Positions 1 to 8,436 of a DNA stretch of 61,633 bases are shown here, piece after piece. Location of the stretch: contig JAGGWS010000067.1 of assembly GCA_021163425.1 (NCBI GenBank), positions 1 to 61,633 of the forward strand, read 5' to 3'. A program made the translations under genes and the position numbers. The DNA is from Candidatus Omnitrophota bacterium. Its GTDB lineage: Bacteria; Omnitrophota; Gorgyraeia; Duberdicusellales; Duberdicusellaceae. Below the pieces are notes generated by a model that had not been told where the DNA came from, did no database searches, and saw only the letters and a list, made by a program, of their open reading frames with translations. The stretch's first letter is position 1; each line of letters starts with the position of its first letter.

Positions 1-808
1 AAGGCCCAGTGGTGGCCAAGAAAAACATAATAGTAGTAGGAATAAGCCAGGATTTGGTTAGGTAGCCAATAATAAAGGGGATACCTAAAACAAGACTATA
101 AACAAAAGCAAATATCCCTGCCCGGGTTACAGCTACCTTTATATCCATAAGGTGGTGCTTGATAATGGCGTAGGCAATTAGCCCTGTATATCCTATAAGA
201 AGAAAGTCATGAGGAAAAGGTTCTATTCTAAAAAAGGCTGCTGTAAAATGAAGAACTCCACTTAAAAAACCAAGAATAAAAGAAAGTAATATAAATATCA
301 GCTGATTCTTATGGTAACTTACCGAAACTTTAAGATTATCACAAATTGTTTTTATAATATAAGTAAATATTATTACAAATCCAACAACAAAATAGAAGTA
401 GAGTTCTCCAGGAACAACTGCAAAAAAAGGAACAAACTGAATCGTACCTTTAATAAAAAGGGGGCTAAAGTTGAAAAATAGAAATATCCCCCCAAAAGAA
501 TAACTTAAAATTAAAATAAACCTCTGACCTTTAGATAACTTTTCTCTTACTACTGTGAATACAAAATATAGCCAAGTAGGAGCCACAAAAACAGCCGGTA
601 TGTAAATTAGGCGAGCAAGAAACAAAGCTAATTCTTTACTCTTACTAAGGCTTAGGGCAAAAGGTAATAAAGTCCACACTCCAGTAAGAATACTTGCTAT
701 TCCAAAAGACTTACATTTTCTATCTTTATACCTTTTACTAATTACAAAGATGCCTAATATAAAACAAAAAATTGATGCACTAAGAGAAGCAAATGAATAA
801 ATATTCAT
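1..808 (-). CDS. Polytopic membrane protein, N-terminal multi-TM sensor-type domain (5' part only; CDS runs off the window start)
   Basis: Manual minus-strand translation from ATG (808-806) stays open to base 1: MNIYSFASLSASIFCFILGIFVISKRYKDRKCKSFGIASILTGVWTLLPFALSL...HHLMDIKVAVTRAGIFAFVYSLVLGIPFIIGY. Several hydrophobic helices. Absent from the ORF track because it is truncated by the window edge. Similarity to 7TM N-terminal domains of sensor kinases/cyclases is from memory only. Confidence 0.55.
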   Translation of the reverse strand, partial: MNIYSFASLSASIFCFILGIFVISKRYKDRKCKSFGIASILTGVWTLLPFALSLSKSKELALFLARLIYIPAVFVAPTWLYFVFTVVREKLSKGQRFILILSYSFGGIFLFFNFSPLFIKGTIQFVPFFAVVPGELYFYFVVGFVIIFTYIIKTICDNLKVSVSYHKNQLIFILLSFILGFLSGVLHFTAAFFRIEPFPHDFLLIGYTGLIAYAIIKHHLMDIKVAVTRAGIFAFVYSLVLGIPFIIGYLTKSWLIPTTIMFFLATTGP

Positions 809-824
809 GGTAACATCCTATTTT

Positions 825-1823
825 TCAATATACCACTTCGAAACCATATCGAGTTGACATTTCAGCTACTTCATCTAACTTACCCACATCTATATTATCT
901 CCTAAGGAAAAACACTCAAATCTTTTTTCTAATGCAAGGAGCATCGTCTCTGCTATACAAGCAAATACCATATTCTTAGGCAATCCAATATCAATACCTA
1001 AGTCTACATCAAAAGGGATTCTTATAATTCCGCCTTTTAAAAAAAATATATGTCTCTCGGTTCCCTTCTCTAAACAAACATTTTCTGGCAGAGAAACGTC
1101 ACAAACAATAGCGCCCTTCTTAAATTCGTCTCCAGTTAAAATAGCTTCAGGAGTACTAGTAGTTACAATAACTATATCGGCTTCCTTTACTGCCCTATGA
1201 CTATCTTTTTCTATAATTACATTTGTGGAATTAAAATGGGAAATTTCCTTCTTCAATACTTCTAACTTTTCTCTCCTCCGACTAGTCAAAATAATTCTAG
1301 GAACATAATATGCTAATTTTTTAGCACACAATGAACCTATAGAACCACCAGCTCCAATTATTGCTGCAGTAGCTTGACTTAAGTCTTTCTTTTCCCTTTG
1401 TTTAGCAATATCAAAAATGGCTTTCAAGACAGAATAAGCAGTGTAAGTATTTCCTGAAGTTACCGGAACTCGTGTATTTTTAGCAATAAGCAACCCCTTA
1501 TTTCCTACTATAGAAGTAAACCCCCCTAACCCCACAATTTTAACTCCTAACTTTTCTGCTATTCTAACGGCCAAGATTATCTTACCTAAAACAGAATCTT
1601 TATCTAAATCGAGAATTTGTTGAGGCAAAAGGGGACAACCAATAAAATAACCTCTCAATATCTCCTTTTTAGAAGAATTAATTTTAATAGTGGAAATCTT
1701 ATAAGGAGGAATATATTTCAGAAATTTTTTTAGAAATCGGGGGGGGCATATTCTTAAAATTTTATTGACCCGAAACAAGTCTCTAATATACAAAGGATGA
1801 ATAATAAAACCAAAAGAATCCAT
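825..1823 (-). CDS. Acyl-ACP reductase (AAR)-like NAD(P)-dependent oxidoreductase
   Basis: 332 aa. Motifs shared with cyanobacterial AAR as I recall it: GGFTSI, TSGNTYTAY, Rossmann IIGAGGSIGS, MVFACIAETMLLALE (Cys in the FAC motif), C-terminal FSLGDNIDVGKLDEVAEMSTRYGF. Confidence 0.7.
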   Translation of the reverse strand: MDSFGFIIHPLYIRDLFRVNKILRICPPRFLKKFLKYIPPYKISTIKINSSKKEILRGYFIGCPLLPQQILDLDKDSVLGKIILAVRIAEKLGVKIVGLGGFTSIVGNKGLLIAKNTRVPVTSGNTYTAYSVLKAIFDIAKQREKKDLSQATAAIIGAGGSIGSLCAKKLAYYVPRIILTSRRREKLEVLKKEISHFNSTNVIIEKDSHRAVKEADIVIVTTSTPEAILTGDEFKKGAIVCDVSLPENVCLEKGTERHIFFLKGGIIRIPFDVDLGIDIGLPKNMVFACIAETMLLALEKRFECFSLGDNIDVGKLDEVAEMSTRYGFEVVY

Positions 1824-1995
1824 TTTTAAGCTATTAGTTAAATCTTACTTTATATTTTAATTTAACCTTCCTCTCCTGTAAAGAAAAATCCTCACCCTTA
1901 AAAAGTAGAATCTAAACACAGGGATAACACCCTTTTAATTTGTTATAATTAAAGGGTAAACAATTTTGTTCTCTAAAATTATATCTGGTCTAAAC

Positions 1996-2126
1996 GTAAC
2001 TTGACATTTTATTTTGAAAAGATTCTGTCAAGTTACAGCCCTAACTTGACATTTTACTTTCAAAGTATTTTGTCAAGTTACAGCCCTAACTTGACATTTT
2101 ACTTCCAAAGTATTTTGTCAAGTTAC
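1996..2126 (+). repeat. Mosaic repeat locus A: three tandem 41-bp nested palindromes (H module)
   Basis: Units at 1996-2036, 2042-2081 and 2087-2126: GTAACTTGACA-N19-TGTCAAGTTAC. Period 45-46 bp. The first unit has the loop TTTTATTTTGAAAAGATTC; the next two have TTTTACTT(T/C)CAAAGTATTT. Confidence 0.9.
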
Positions 2127-2336
2127 GAAGGCGGGCGGGGGAAATATAACAAAATTTATTGCTATAGCAATTAAATTTGTTAACATTTGTTTTGGGCTGA
2201 GATTTTCTTATCAAAGGTTTTTTCTTCTTTTCAACAAAAATTCTTAATATGTTGTTACAATAACAAAATGTTAAAAATAATTACTACAATAAAATGTTTT
2301 TCAGCCTGGTTTTTGCAGGAAATACACTTCATCCTA

Positions 2337-2870
2337 TTACTTATTTAATTGAGAAAATTTTTCTTTATAAATATTAAAAGCAGGCTTCTCAAAAAGGACA
2401 AATCTTATTCTTTTGACCTTTTTTAATTTAGGAGCTAATTCTTTTATAGTACCAAAAACCACCTCTACCGCCTCTTCTAAAGGATAGCCAAAAATCCCGC
2501 AGGATATAGCAGGAAAAGCAATAGAAACAATTCCTTTCTCTTCAGCTAACTTTAAAGAGTTTTTATAGCAATTAGAAAGTAACGCCGGTTCAGATTTGTC
2601 TTTTCCATAGATGGGACCTAAAGTATGGATAACATATTTATTAGGAAGATTATAACCAGAGGTAATGACTGCTTCGCCTACTTTTATCGGAGCAAGAGTC
2701 TTTGCTTCTTCATAAAGTTTCCGACCGGCTGCTTTATGAATAGCCCCTGAAGCTCCTCCGCCAGGAGTTAAGTAAGCATTAGCTGGATTGACTATAGCCT
2801 CTATATCTTTTTGGTCAGTAATATCTCCTCTTATAATCTCCACTACTAAATCAAAAACTTTTACCTCCAT
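2337..2870 (-). CDS. Macro domain protein (ADP-ribose/O-acetyl-ADP-ribose hydrolase type, YmdB-like)
   Basis: 177 aa. GDITDQKDIEAIVNPANAYLTPGGGASGAIHKAAG and SIAFPAISCGIFGYP are typical macro-domain motifs. SD GGGAGG lies upstream of the ATG. Confidence 0.85.
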   Translation of the reverse strand: MEVKVFDLVVEIIRGDITDQKDIEAIVNPANAYLTPGGGASGAIHKAAGRKLYEEAKTLAPIKVGEAVITSGYNLPNKYVIHTLGPIYGKDKSEPALLSNCYKNSLKLAEEKGIVSIAFPAISCGIFGYPLEEAVEVVFGTIKELAPKLKKVKRIRFVLFEKPAFNIYKEKFSQLNK

Positions 2871-3136
2871 AGCTAAACCTCCCTAATTTAGAAACTTTCT
2901 GTTAACTTAACATTCTAACTATAACCCTACCATTAAAACTTTATGCCCCATAATCCCATAATACAGAAAAATAGATTTTAAGCCTGTTTTACCAGGAATA
3001 TGGTTTTTCAGCTTTTTCCATTTTAAGTTAAGAGCTTCTCTAAAAAATATTATACCAGATTTTACTCAAGATTATAGAGTGTTTATAACTTTGAAATTAA
3101 CCTGATAAACAGCTTCTCCTTTCAAAGCCCACTCTA

Positions 3137-3216
3137 ACGTTAAAACGTATGAACGTGTGAACGTATAAACGTTAAAACGTGGGAACGTATAAACGTTAAA
3201 ACGTGGGAACGTCTCC
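3137..3216 (-). repeat. Mosaic repeat locus B: 10-unit ACGT-core octamer array (O module)
   Basis: ACGT at 3137+8k for k=0..9 with exact phasing. Plus strand reads ACGTTAAA ACGTATGA ACGTGTGA ACGTATAA ..., the reverse complement of ACGTTYAY. Contains a 24-bp higher-order repeat (ACGTATAA ACGTTAAA ACGTGGGA, twice). Confidence 0.9.
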
Positions 3217-3250
3217 CAAATACTTGACACAGTGCGAACAATAGATATTT

Positions 3251-3280
3251 TTGACAAAAAAAAGATTATGTGTTACACTT
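3251..3280 (+). promoter_or_regulatory. Putative ftsH promoter, near-leaderless geometry (second candidate upstream)
   Basis: TTGACA(3251-3256)-N18-TACACT(3275-3280)-N10-ATG(3291). Upstream alternative: TTGACA(3224-3229)-N16-TATTTT(3246-3251). Confidence 0.45.
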
Positions 3281-3290
3281 ATCTTTGCTT

Positions 3291-4982
3291 ATGGATACTC
3301 GAAAACTTAAAAAATTTATAAAACTCCACTGGATAAAACTTACCCTCCTAATAATAGGAAGTATCCTCCTTATCTTAGTTACATATATGGTAATTCTGGG
3401 GATAAAATCCTTTATCACCTTAGAATCCTTCTACAAGAAAATGACCTTAGCAGGGATTCCCATCCAGCTTCTTTTTAGTATTGTAACTGCCTTTATCTTT
3501 GCTACAATTTATACTTTTATGTGGATACATATGATTTACGGAGGAGGCTTAGCCAAATTAGGCCAGAAGAAGATAAAATCCACCCAGGTAAATGTAAAGT
3601 GGGAAGATGTAGTAGGTATGGAGTCAGTAAAAAAAGAAGTAGCTGAAGTAGTAAACTTAATAAAAGATAGAGCCTATTTAAGAAAAATTGGCGGTAAAAT
3701 CATAAAAGGAGTTTTAATGGTAGGACCTCCCGGCTGTGGCAAGACCTACTTAGCTAAAGCCATTGCCACTGAAACCGGCCTTCCCTTCTTAGCCGCAGTG
3801 GGAAGTGAATTTATAGGGATGTTTGTAGGACAGGGAGCGGCCCGGATGAAAAATCTTTTCAAAGAAGCTAGAACCTTAGCTGAACTTCAGGGAGGGTGTA
3901 TTATATTTATTGATGAAATAGATAGTATTGCCCGGCCCCGGGTAGGAGTAACTGGGTTAGGAGGAGGTATTTCTTACAATGCCACCATAAATCAGCTTCT
4001 AACTGAATTAGATGGTTTGCGTCAGGAAGAAAATAATATCGTGGTAATTGCTGCCACTAATGTAAAAGAAGATGAATTAGATCCGGCTTTAATGCGGGCA
4101 GGAAGATTTGATAGGAAAATATACGTGGGAAAACCAGGCTTAGAAGATAGAAGAAAACTCTTTGCATACTATCTTAAAAAAACAAATTATGAGACTTCTA
4201 TAGACTGTTCAATATTAGCCAGAAAGACTGTAGGATTCTCTCCTGCAGATATTGCCAATATGGTAAGAGAAGCTTCTTTAATTGCAGTAAGAAACCAGAG
4301 AGAAAAAATAATTTACAAGGACTTATCTGAAGCCTATGATAGGGTAGTATTTGGCTTAAAGTCAGAAATAACTCTATCCGAAAGAGAAAAAGTCTGGGTT
4401 GCTTACCATGAAGCTGGCCACGCCATAATTGCCTACCTTACCCATCCTACTGACGATGTAATAAAAGCTTCTATTATTCCTCGCAAAGGAGCTTTAGGCT
4501 ATACCGGGCAAAGACCTCCTGAAGAAATCCATATTTATAATAAAGAGCATCTTTTGGCTAACATTAAAACTTACTTAGCCAGTTTCGTAGCTGAAAAACT
4601 CAAATTTGGAACAACTTCAGCAGGGGTGGACCAGGACTTTGCTTATGCTTTACAGCTTGCCCATCAGATGGTCTGGCGCTGGGGGATGGGAGAATCAGGC
4701 CTATTAGGAAATTTCTATACTTTAGGAAGCTCCTCTCTGTGGAGTCAAAACTTTCCTCTAAACATCTCTGAAAAAACTAAAGAAAAATTAGACGAAGACA
4801 CCCAGAAGATAATCCAGACCTGCCTAAAAGATGTTGAAGAAATCTTAACTCGGGAAAGAGAACTCTTAGAATACTTTGCTCAGGAACTCCTCAAAAAGGA
4901 AGAATTAGAATACGATGAGATTATAGAGATATTTAAAAAGTATGGCAAGGAGAAACCTAATAAAGATAGCCTTCCTGCTTAG
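3291..4982 (+). CDS. ftsH: FtsH-family AAA+ zinc metalloprotease (short N-terminal membrane anchor)
   Basis: Walker A GPPGCGKT, Walker B IIFIDEIDS, second region of homology ATNVKEDELDPALMRAGRFDRKIYV, zinc motif HEAGHA, two N-terminal TM helices. The ORF track starts at GTG 3270; I prefer ATG 3291 (MDTRKLKK) because a promoter occupies 3251-3280. Confidence 0.85.
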   Translation: MDTRKLKKFIKLHWIKLTLLIIGSILLILVTYMVILGIKSFITLESFYKKMTLAGIPIQLLFSIVTAFIFATIYTFMWIHMIYGGGLAKLGQKKIKSTQVNVKWEDVVGMESVKKEVAEVVNLIKDRAYLRKIGGKIIKGVLMVGPPGCGKTYLAKAIATETGLPFLAAVGSEFIGMFVGQGAARMKNLFKEARTLAELQGGCIIFIDEIDSIARPRVGVTGLGGGISYNATINQLLTELDGLRQEENNIVVIAATNVKEDELDPALMRAGRFDRKIYVGKPGLEDRRKLFAYYLKKTNYETSIDCSILARKTVGFSPADIANMVREASLIAVRNQREKIIYKDLSEAYDRVVFGLKSEITLSEREKVWVAYHEAGHAIIAYLTHPTDDVIKASIIPRKGALGYTGQRPPEEIHIYNKEHLLANIKTYLASFVAEKLKFGTTSAGVDQDFAYALQLAHQMVWRWGMGESGLLGNFYTLGSSSLWSQNFPLNISEKTKEKLDEDTQKIIQTCLKDVEEILTRERELLEYFAQELLKKEELEYDEIIEIFKKYGKEKPNKDSLPA

Positions 4983-5775
4983 CCTCCTCATACTTTTCTC
5001 TTCCTGTTTGGATATTGAACCTACCTACCAGAGAAAAAATATAGAAACCGCTATCAAAAATCTATGCAAAGAAGAATATAATCTAAAAGTAGAAGTTAAA
5101 GAAGCAGAAGACACTATCTGGATATATGCCCCTTTTAATAACTTAACTGATGGGAAGGGAGAATTGGACAAAAAAGTTACTGAAGAAATTGGAGATATAA
5201 TCCTTTCTTTACAGAGAGTTATTTTAAGCATTGATAAGCCTCCTAAATTTTATATTTTTGTAGCTTCCGATATTAAAAATACAGGAGCAGACTTAATCCT
5301 GATAGGTTTTGTTCCTGATTTGGTAAAGTTTCAATTGCGATTTATCTCCCGGGACGAGTTTTTTAAGAGGCGCTATCTTAACTTTAGAATTAACCCTCAG
5401 GCTTTAGGAGATGAAAAGGGTTATCATATTAAGAAATTTAATTTAGACTTAGAAGACTTTACAGCCTTGATAATAGGGCAACAAATAAGGAAATTCTTTA
5501 CATCTGCTGAATATAAAGAATATTTTGAAGTGAAAAAAGTTGAAGCTGGATTTAATCCTCAGAATAAAGACTTAACCATCATCATAGATATAAAGAAGAA
5601 AAAACATAAACCCCCTCTCCCCAATCCCCTTGAAGAAACCTTAAAGATAGCTCAGTATTATACCTGCAAAGTCTATGAACTAAAGAATTTCAGCTCTCTG
5701 CGGATAGAAGATTTAGACTCAGGAAAAATTAAAATTCTCAGTAAAAAAGCCTTACAGGAACTATCTTTTGATTAA
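4942..5775 (+). CDS. Hypothetical lipoprotein
   Basis: 277 aa. Signal peptide with lipobox (LLILFSSC). Overlaps the ftsH 3' end by 41 nt. No recognisable catalytic motifs. Confidence 0.6.
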   Translation: MARRNLIKIAFLLSLLILFSSCLDIEPTYQRKNIETAIKNLCKEEYNLKVEVKEAEDTIWIYAPFNNLTDGKGELDKKVTEEIGDIILSLQRVILSIDKPPKFYIFVASDIKNTGADLILIGFVPDLVKFQLRFISRDEFFKRRYLNFRINPQALGDEKGYHIKKFNLDLEDFTALIIGQQIRKFFTSAEYKEYFEVKKVEAGFNPQNKDLTIIIDIKKKKHKPPLPNPLEETLKIAQYYTCKVYELKNFSSLRIEDLDSGKIKILSKKALQELSFD

Positions 5776-5780
5776 AAAAA

Positions 5781-6383
5781 CTAAGCTTTAATCTCTACTT
5801 TTCTTCCCTTTATCTTTAATCTTCCCTCTAAAAATAACTTTACGGCTAAAGGATAAAGCCTGTGTTCCAGTTTATGGATTCTCTCTTCTAAGGATTGTAA
5901 ACTCTCCTCCTCTCTTATTTTTAAAGCTTCCTGTAAAATTATTGGGCCAGTATCTATCCCCTCATCAACAAGGTGAACTGTAACCCCGGTAACTTTTACT
6001 CCGTAGTTATAAGCTCTCTCTATAGCATTTACTCCTCCAAAAGAAGGCAAAATTGCAGGATGGATATTTAAAATTCTATTTTTAAAAGCTCTAACAAAAT
6101 AAGGGGTAATTATCCGCATAAATCCGGCTAAAACTACTAAATTTATCTTTTCTTTTTTTAAAATCTTTACTACTTCTCTATCAAAATCTTGGCGACTTTT
6201 AAAATTTTTAGGGTCTATAAAGATGTCTTTAACTGCAAATTTTTTAGCCCGCTCTCTTACTCCGGCATTTTCTTTATCAGTGATTAAGAGTTTTAATCTT
6301 GCTCTTATAAAGCCTCTCTTTACTGCCTTAGCTATTGCCTCAAAATTAGTTCCTCTTCCTGAAGCCAAGACCGCTATATTCAT
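5781..6383 (-). CDS. purN: Phosphoribosylglycinamide formyltransferase
   Basis: NIAVLASGRGTNFEAI, VVLAGFMRIITP, NIHPAILPSFGG. Start moved to ATG 6383 (MNIAVL), which forms an ATGA overlap with the stop of the upstream gene (6380). Confidence 0.9.
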   Translation of the reverse strand: MNIAVLASGRGTNFEAIAKAVKRGFIRARLKLLITDKENAGVRERAKKFAVKDIFIDPKNFKSRQDFDREVVKILKKEKINLVVLAGFMRIITPYFVRAFKNRILNIHPAILPSFGGVNAIERAYNYGVKVTGVTVHLVDEGIDTGPIILQEALKIREEESLQSLEERIHKLEHRLYPLAVKLFLEGRLKIKGRKVEIKA

Positions 6384-6763
6384 TCCTCCTCCTTTCTTGC
6401 TACCTGGCAAAAAACTCTTTTTCTCAGTCGATAATTTAAAAAAAAGAAATAGATAAATAAAATACTTATACTTAATAAGAAACTTAAAAACACTCCTAAA
6501 TTTTTTAAAAAAACAAGAACTAAAATAAATAAAAGAGAAGGGACAAGAAAAGTTAGTATAGTTAACAGAAAGAAAGAACTACTTCTTATCCTTAATTCTA
6601 CTTCTTCTCCTATCTTAAAATCTCCCTTAGCTTTAACAGTCAGCTTACCCTGGCCTACCTTACAAAAAAAATTTCTACAGCCCACACAACCTCCTTCTCT
6701 TTCAAAACTCAATACTAACTTATTACCCTCCTTAGCAACAACTTTGGCTTTCTTTTTAAGCAT
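6380..6763 (-). CDS. RseC/MucC-family small membrane protein (SoxR-reducing-system-associated type)
   Basis: 127 aa. N-terminal soluble domain with Cys cluster (GGCVGCRNFFC) followed by two TM helices, matching the RseC architecture as I recall it from E. coli. Confidence 0.5.
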   Translation of the reverse strand: MLKKKAKVVAKEGNKLVLSFEREGGCVGCRNFFCKVGQGKLTVKAKGDFKIGEEVELRIRSSSFFLLTILTFLVPSLLFILVLVFLKNLGVFLSFLLSISILFIYFFFLNYRLRKRVFCQVARKEEE

Positions 6764-6765
6764 CT

Positions 6766-7653
6766 TTAATTTTGGTAAAGCCAGCAGGCTACTTTTCTAC
6801 CTTCCTTTAAAAATAAAGGAGGTTGATTTTGACAAATATTCATCTTAAAAACACACCTGTCTCTAAAAATACAACCTTCTTCTGGAAAATCTTCTTCTAA
6901 ACTCAAAGAAAAATCTCTTTTAGCTGAACTTACTAAAAGCTGAGAATAAGGGTGTAAAGGTTTTTTAAGAATATCAGAAGTTGGGCCTTCTTCTACTACT
7001 TTTCCCTTATAGATTACTAATAAATCCTCAGTTATGTAAGAAAGAAGACCTAAATCATGAGAGATAAAAATATAATTTATCTTAAGCGTTTGCTTTATCT
7101 TTAAGAGGTTGTCTATTATCTTCTTAGAAACTACTACATCTAAGTTAGAAGTGGGCTCATCTAAAATTAAAACTGAAGGATAAGATGCTAAAGCTCTGGC
7201 TATAGCTACTCTTTGACACTGGCCTCCGCTAAGCTGAGAAGGTAACCTATCTATTAAAGAAAAGGGAAGTTCTACCAAAGAAAGTATTCTCTCTAGTTCT
7301 GCTCTCTGAGAACTTAAGCCCTGATAATAAAGAACTTCTTTTAATGCTTTTCCTATTCTCATTTTAGGGTTTAGGGAAGTATAAGGATTTTGAAAGATAA
7401 GCTGGACTTTTCCTTTTTCCAATAAATTACCCTGGTAAATTAAATTGCCTTCTGAAGGTTTAATCAAACCTACCAATATCTTAGCTAAGGTAGATTTGCC
7501 TGAACCACTTTCTCCAGCAATCCCTAATATCCGCTCTTCTGACAAAAGAAAACTCACCTTGTTTAAAGCTTTTATAAAAAAAATCTGCCAGCCTCTTCTT
7601 AATTTAAAGGTTTTAGAAAGAGCTTCTCCTTTTATAAGAAAGTTCTTGCTCAT
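6766..7653 (-). CDS. Oligopeptide/dipeptide ABC transporter ATP-binding protein (OppF/DppF type)
   Basis: Walker [10 protein letters not shown], signature [15 protein letters not shown], Walker B LILDEPTS. 4-nt overlap with the upstream ATPase gene. Confidence 0.85.
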   Translation of the reverse strand: MSKNFLIKGEALSKTFKLRRGWQIFFIKALNKVSFLLSEERILGIAGESGSGKSTLAKILVGLIKPSEGNLIYQGNLLEKGKVQLIFQNPYTSLNPKMRIGKALKEVLYYQGLSSQRAELERILSLVELPFSLIDRLPSQLSGGQCQRVAIARALASYPSVLILDEPTSNLDVVVSKKIIDNLLKIKQTLKINYIFISHDLGLLSYITEDLLVIYKGKVVEEGPTSDILKKPLHPYSQLLVSSAKRDFSLSLEEDFPEEGCIFRDRCVFKMNICQNQPPLFLKEGRKVACWLYQN

Positions 7654-8432
7654 AATTTAAAAACTGAATTCAGAAGTTGCCGGGTGTATCCAGTTTGAGG
7701 ATTCCTAAAAATATTTTCAGTTTCTCCTTCTTCTACAATTCTTCCCTGATGAAGAATGGCTAACTTTTTAGAGAACTTTTCCACTAAACTTAAATCATGA
7801 GTTACAAAAAGGATAGAAAAACCCAGCTCCTGCTGTTTGGCTTTAAGCAATTTGAGAATCTGGAGTTGAACAGTTAAATCCAAATTAGAAGTGGGCTCAT
7901 CACAAATTAAAAGATGAGGTTCAGAAGCTAAAGCCATAGCAATCATTACTCTTTGAGCTTCTCCTCCACTTATCTGGTGAGGAAAACTTAAATAAACTCT
8001 TTGAGAATTCTTAAACCCTACGCTCTTTAAAAGTTCTAAACTCTTTAAGTAAGCAGGCTTCTTACTAAACTTTTTATGGTAGATTAAAACTTCCTCTATC
8101 TGATAGCCTATTCTTAAAAAGGGATTCAAAGAAGCTAAACTTTCCTGGAAGATATAAGAAATTTTTGTTCCTCTAAATTTTCTTAATTCTTCGCCAGAAA
8201 GATTTAAAAGATTTATCTTTTTATCAGGGAGATAAAAATTCACTTCTCCCGAATAATAAGTATCTTTAGGTAAAAGCTTTGTTAAAGAGAGGCAGAGCAA
8301 AGTTTTACCTTCGCCTGACTCTCCTACTAAGGAAAATACTTCACCTTCATTTATATTAAAACTTACCCCTTCTAAAACAGGTTTTTTGGAAAAACCCAGC
8401 TTTAAATCCTTTACCTCTAAGATAACCCCCAT
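7650..8432 (-). CDS. Oligopeptide/dipeptide ABC transporter ATP-binding protein (OppD/DppD type)
   Basis: Walker A GESGEGKT, signature [15 protein letters not shown], Walker B LICDEPTS. Confidence 0.85.
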   Translation of the reverse strand: MGVILEVKDLKLGFSKKPVLEGVSFNINEGEVFSLVGESGEGKTLLCLSLTKLLPKDTYYSGEVNFYLPDKKINLLNLSGEELRKFRGTKISYIFQESLASLNPFLRIGYQIEEVLIYHKKFSKKPAYLKSLELLKSVGFKNSQRVYLSFPHQISGGEAQRVMIAMALASEPHLLICDEPTSNLDLTVQLQILKLLKAKQQELGFSILFVTHDLSLVEKFSKKLAILHQGRIVEEGETENIFRNPQTGYTRQLLNSVFKL

Positions 8433-8436
8433 AGTT

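Noticed and set aside
2129-2140. GGCGGGCGGGGG tract as a G-quadruplex
   Set aside because: It has only three G runs within 12 nt, which is insufficient for a canonical four-run G4. It is noted only as a compositional outlier next to repeat locus A.
3072-3257. 61-aa minus-strand ORF (…TFPRFNVYTFPRFNVYTFTRSYVLT…)
   Set aside because: It is the translation of the 8-bp ACGT array. Its 8-aa periodic peptide comes from three octamers spanning 24 bp. The ACGTTYAY strand has no stop codon in any frame, so long ORFs arise automatically. No SD is present.
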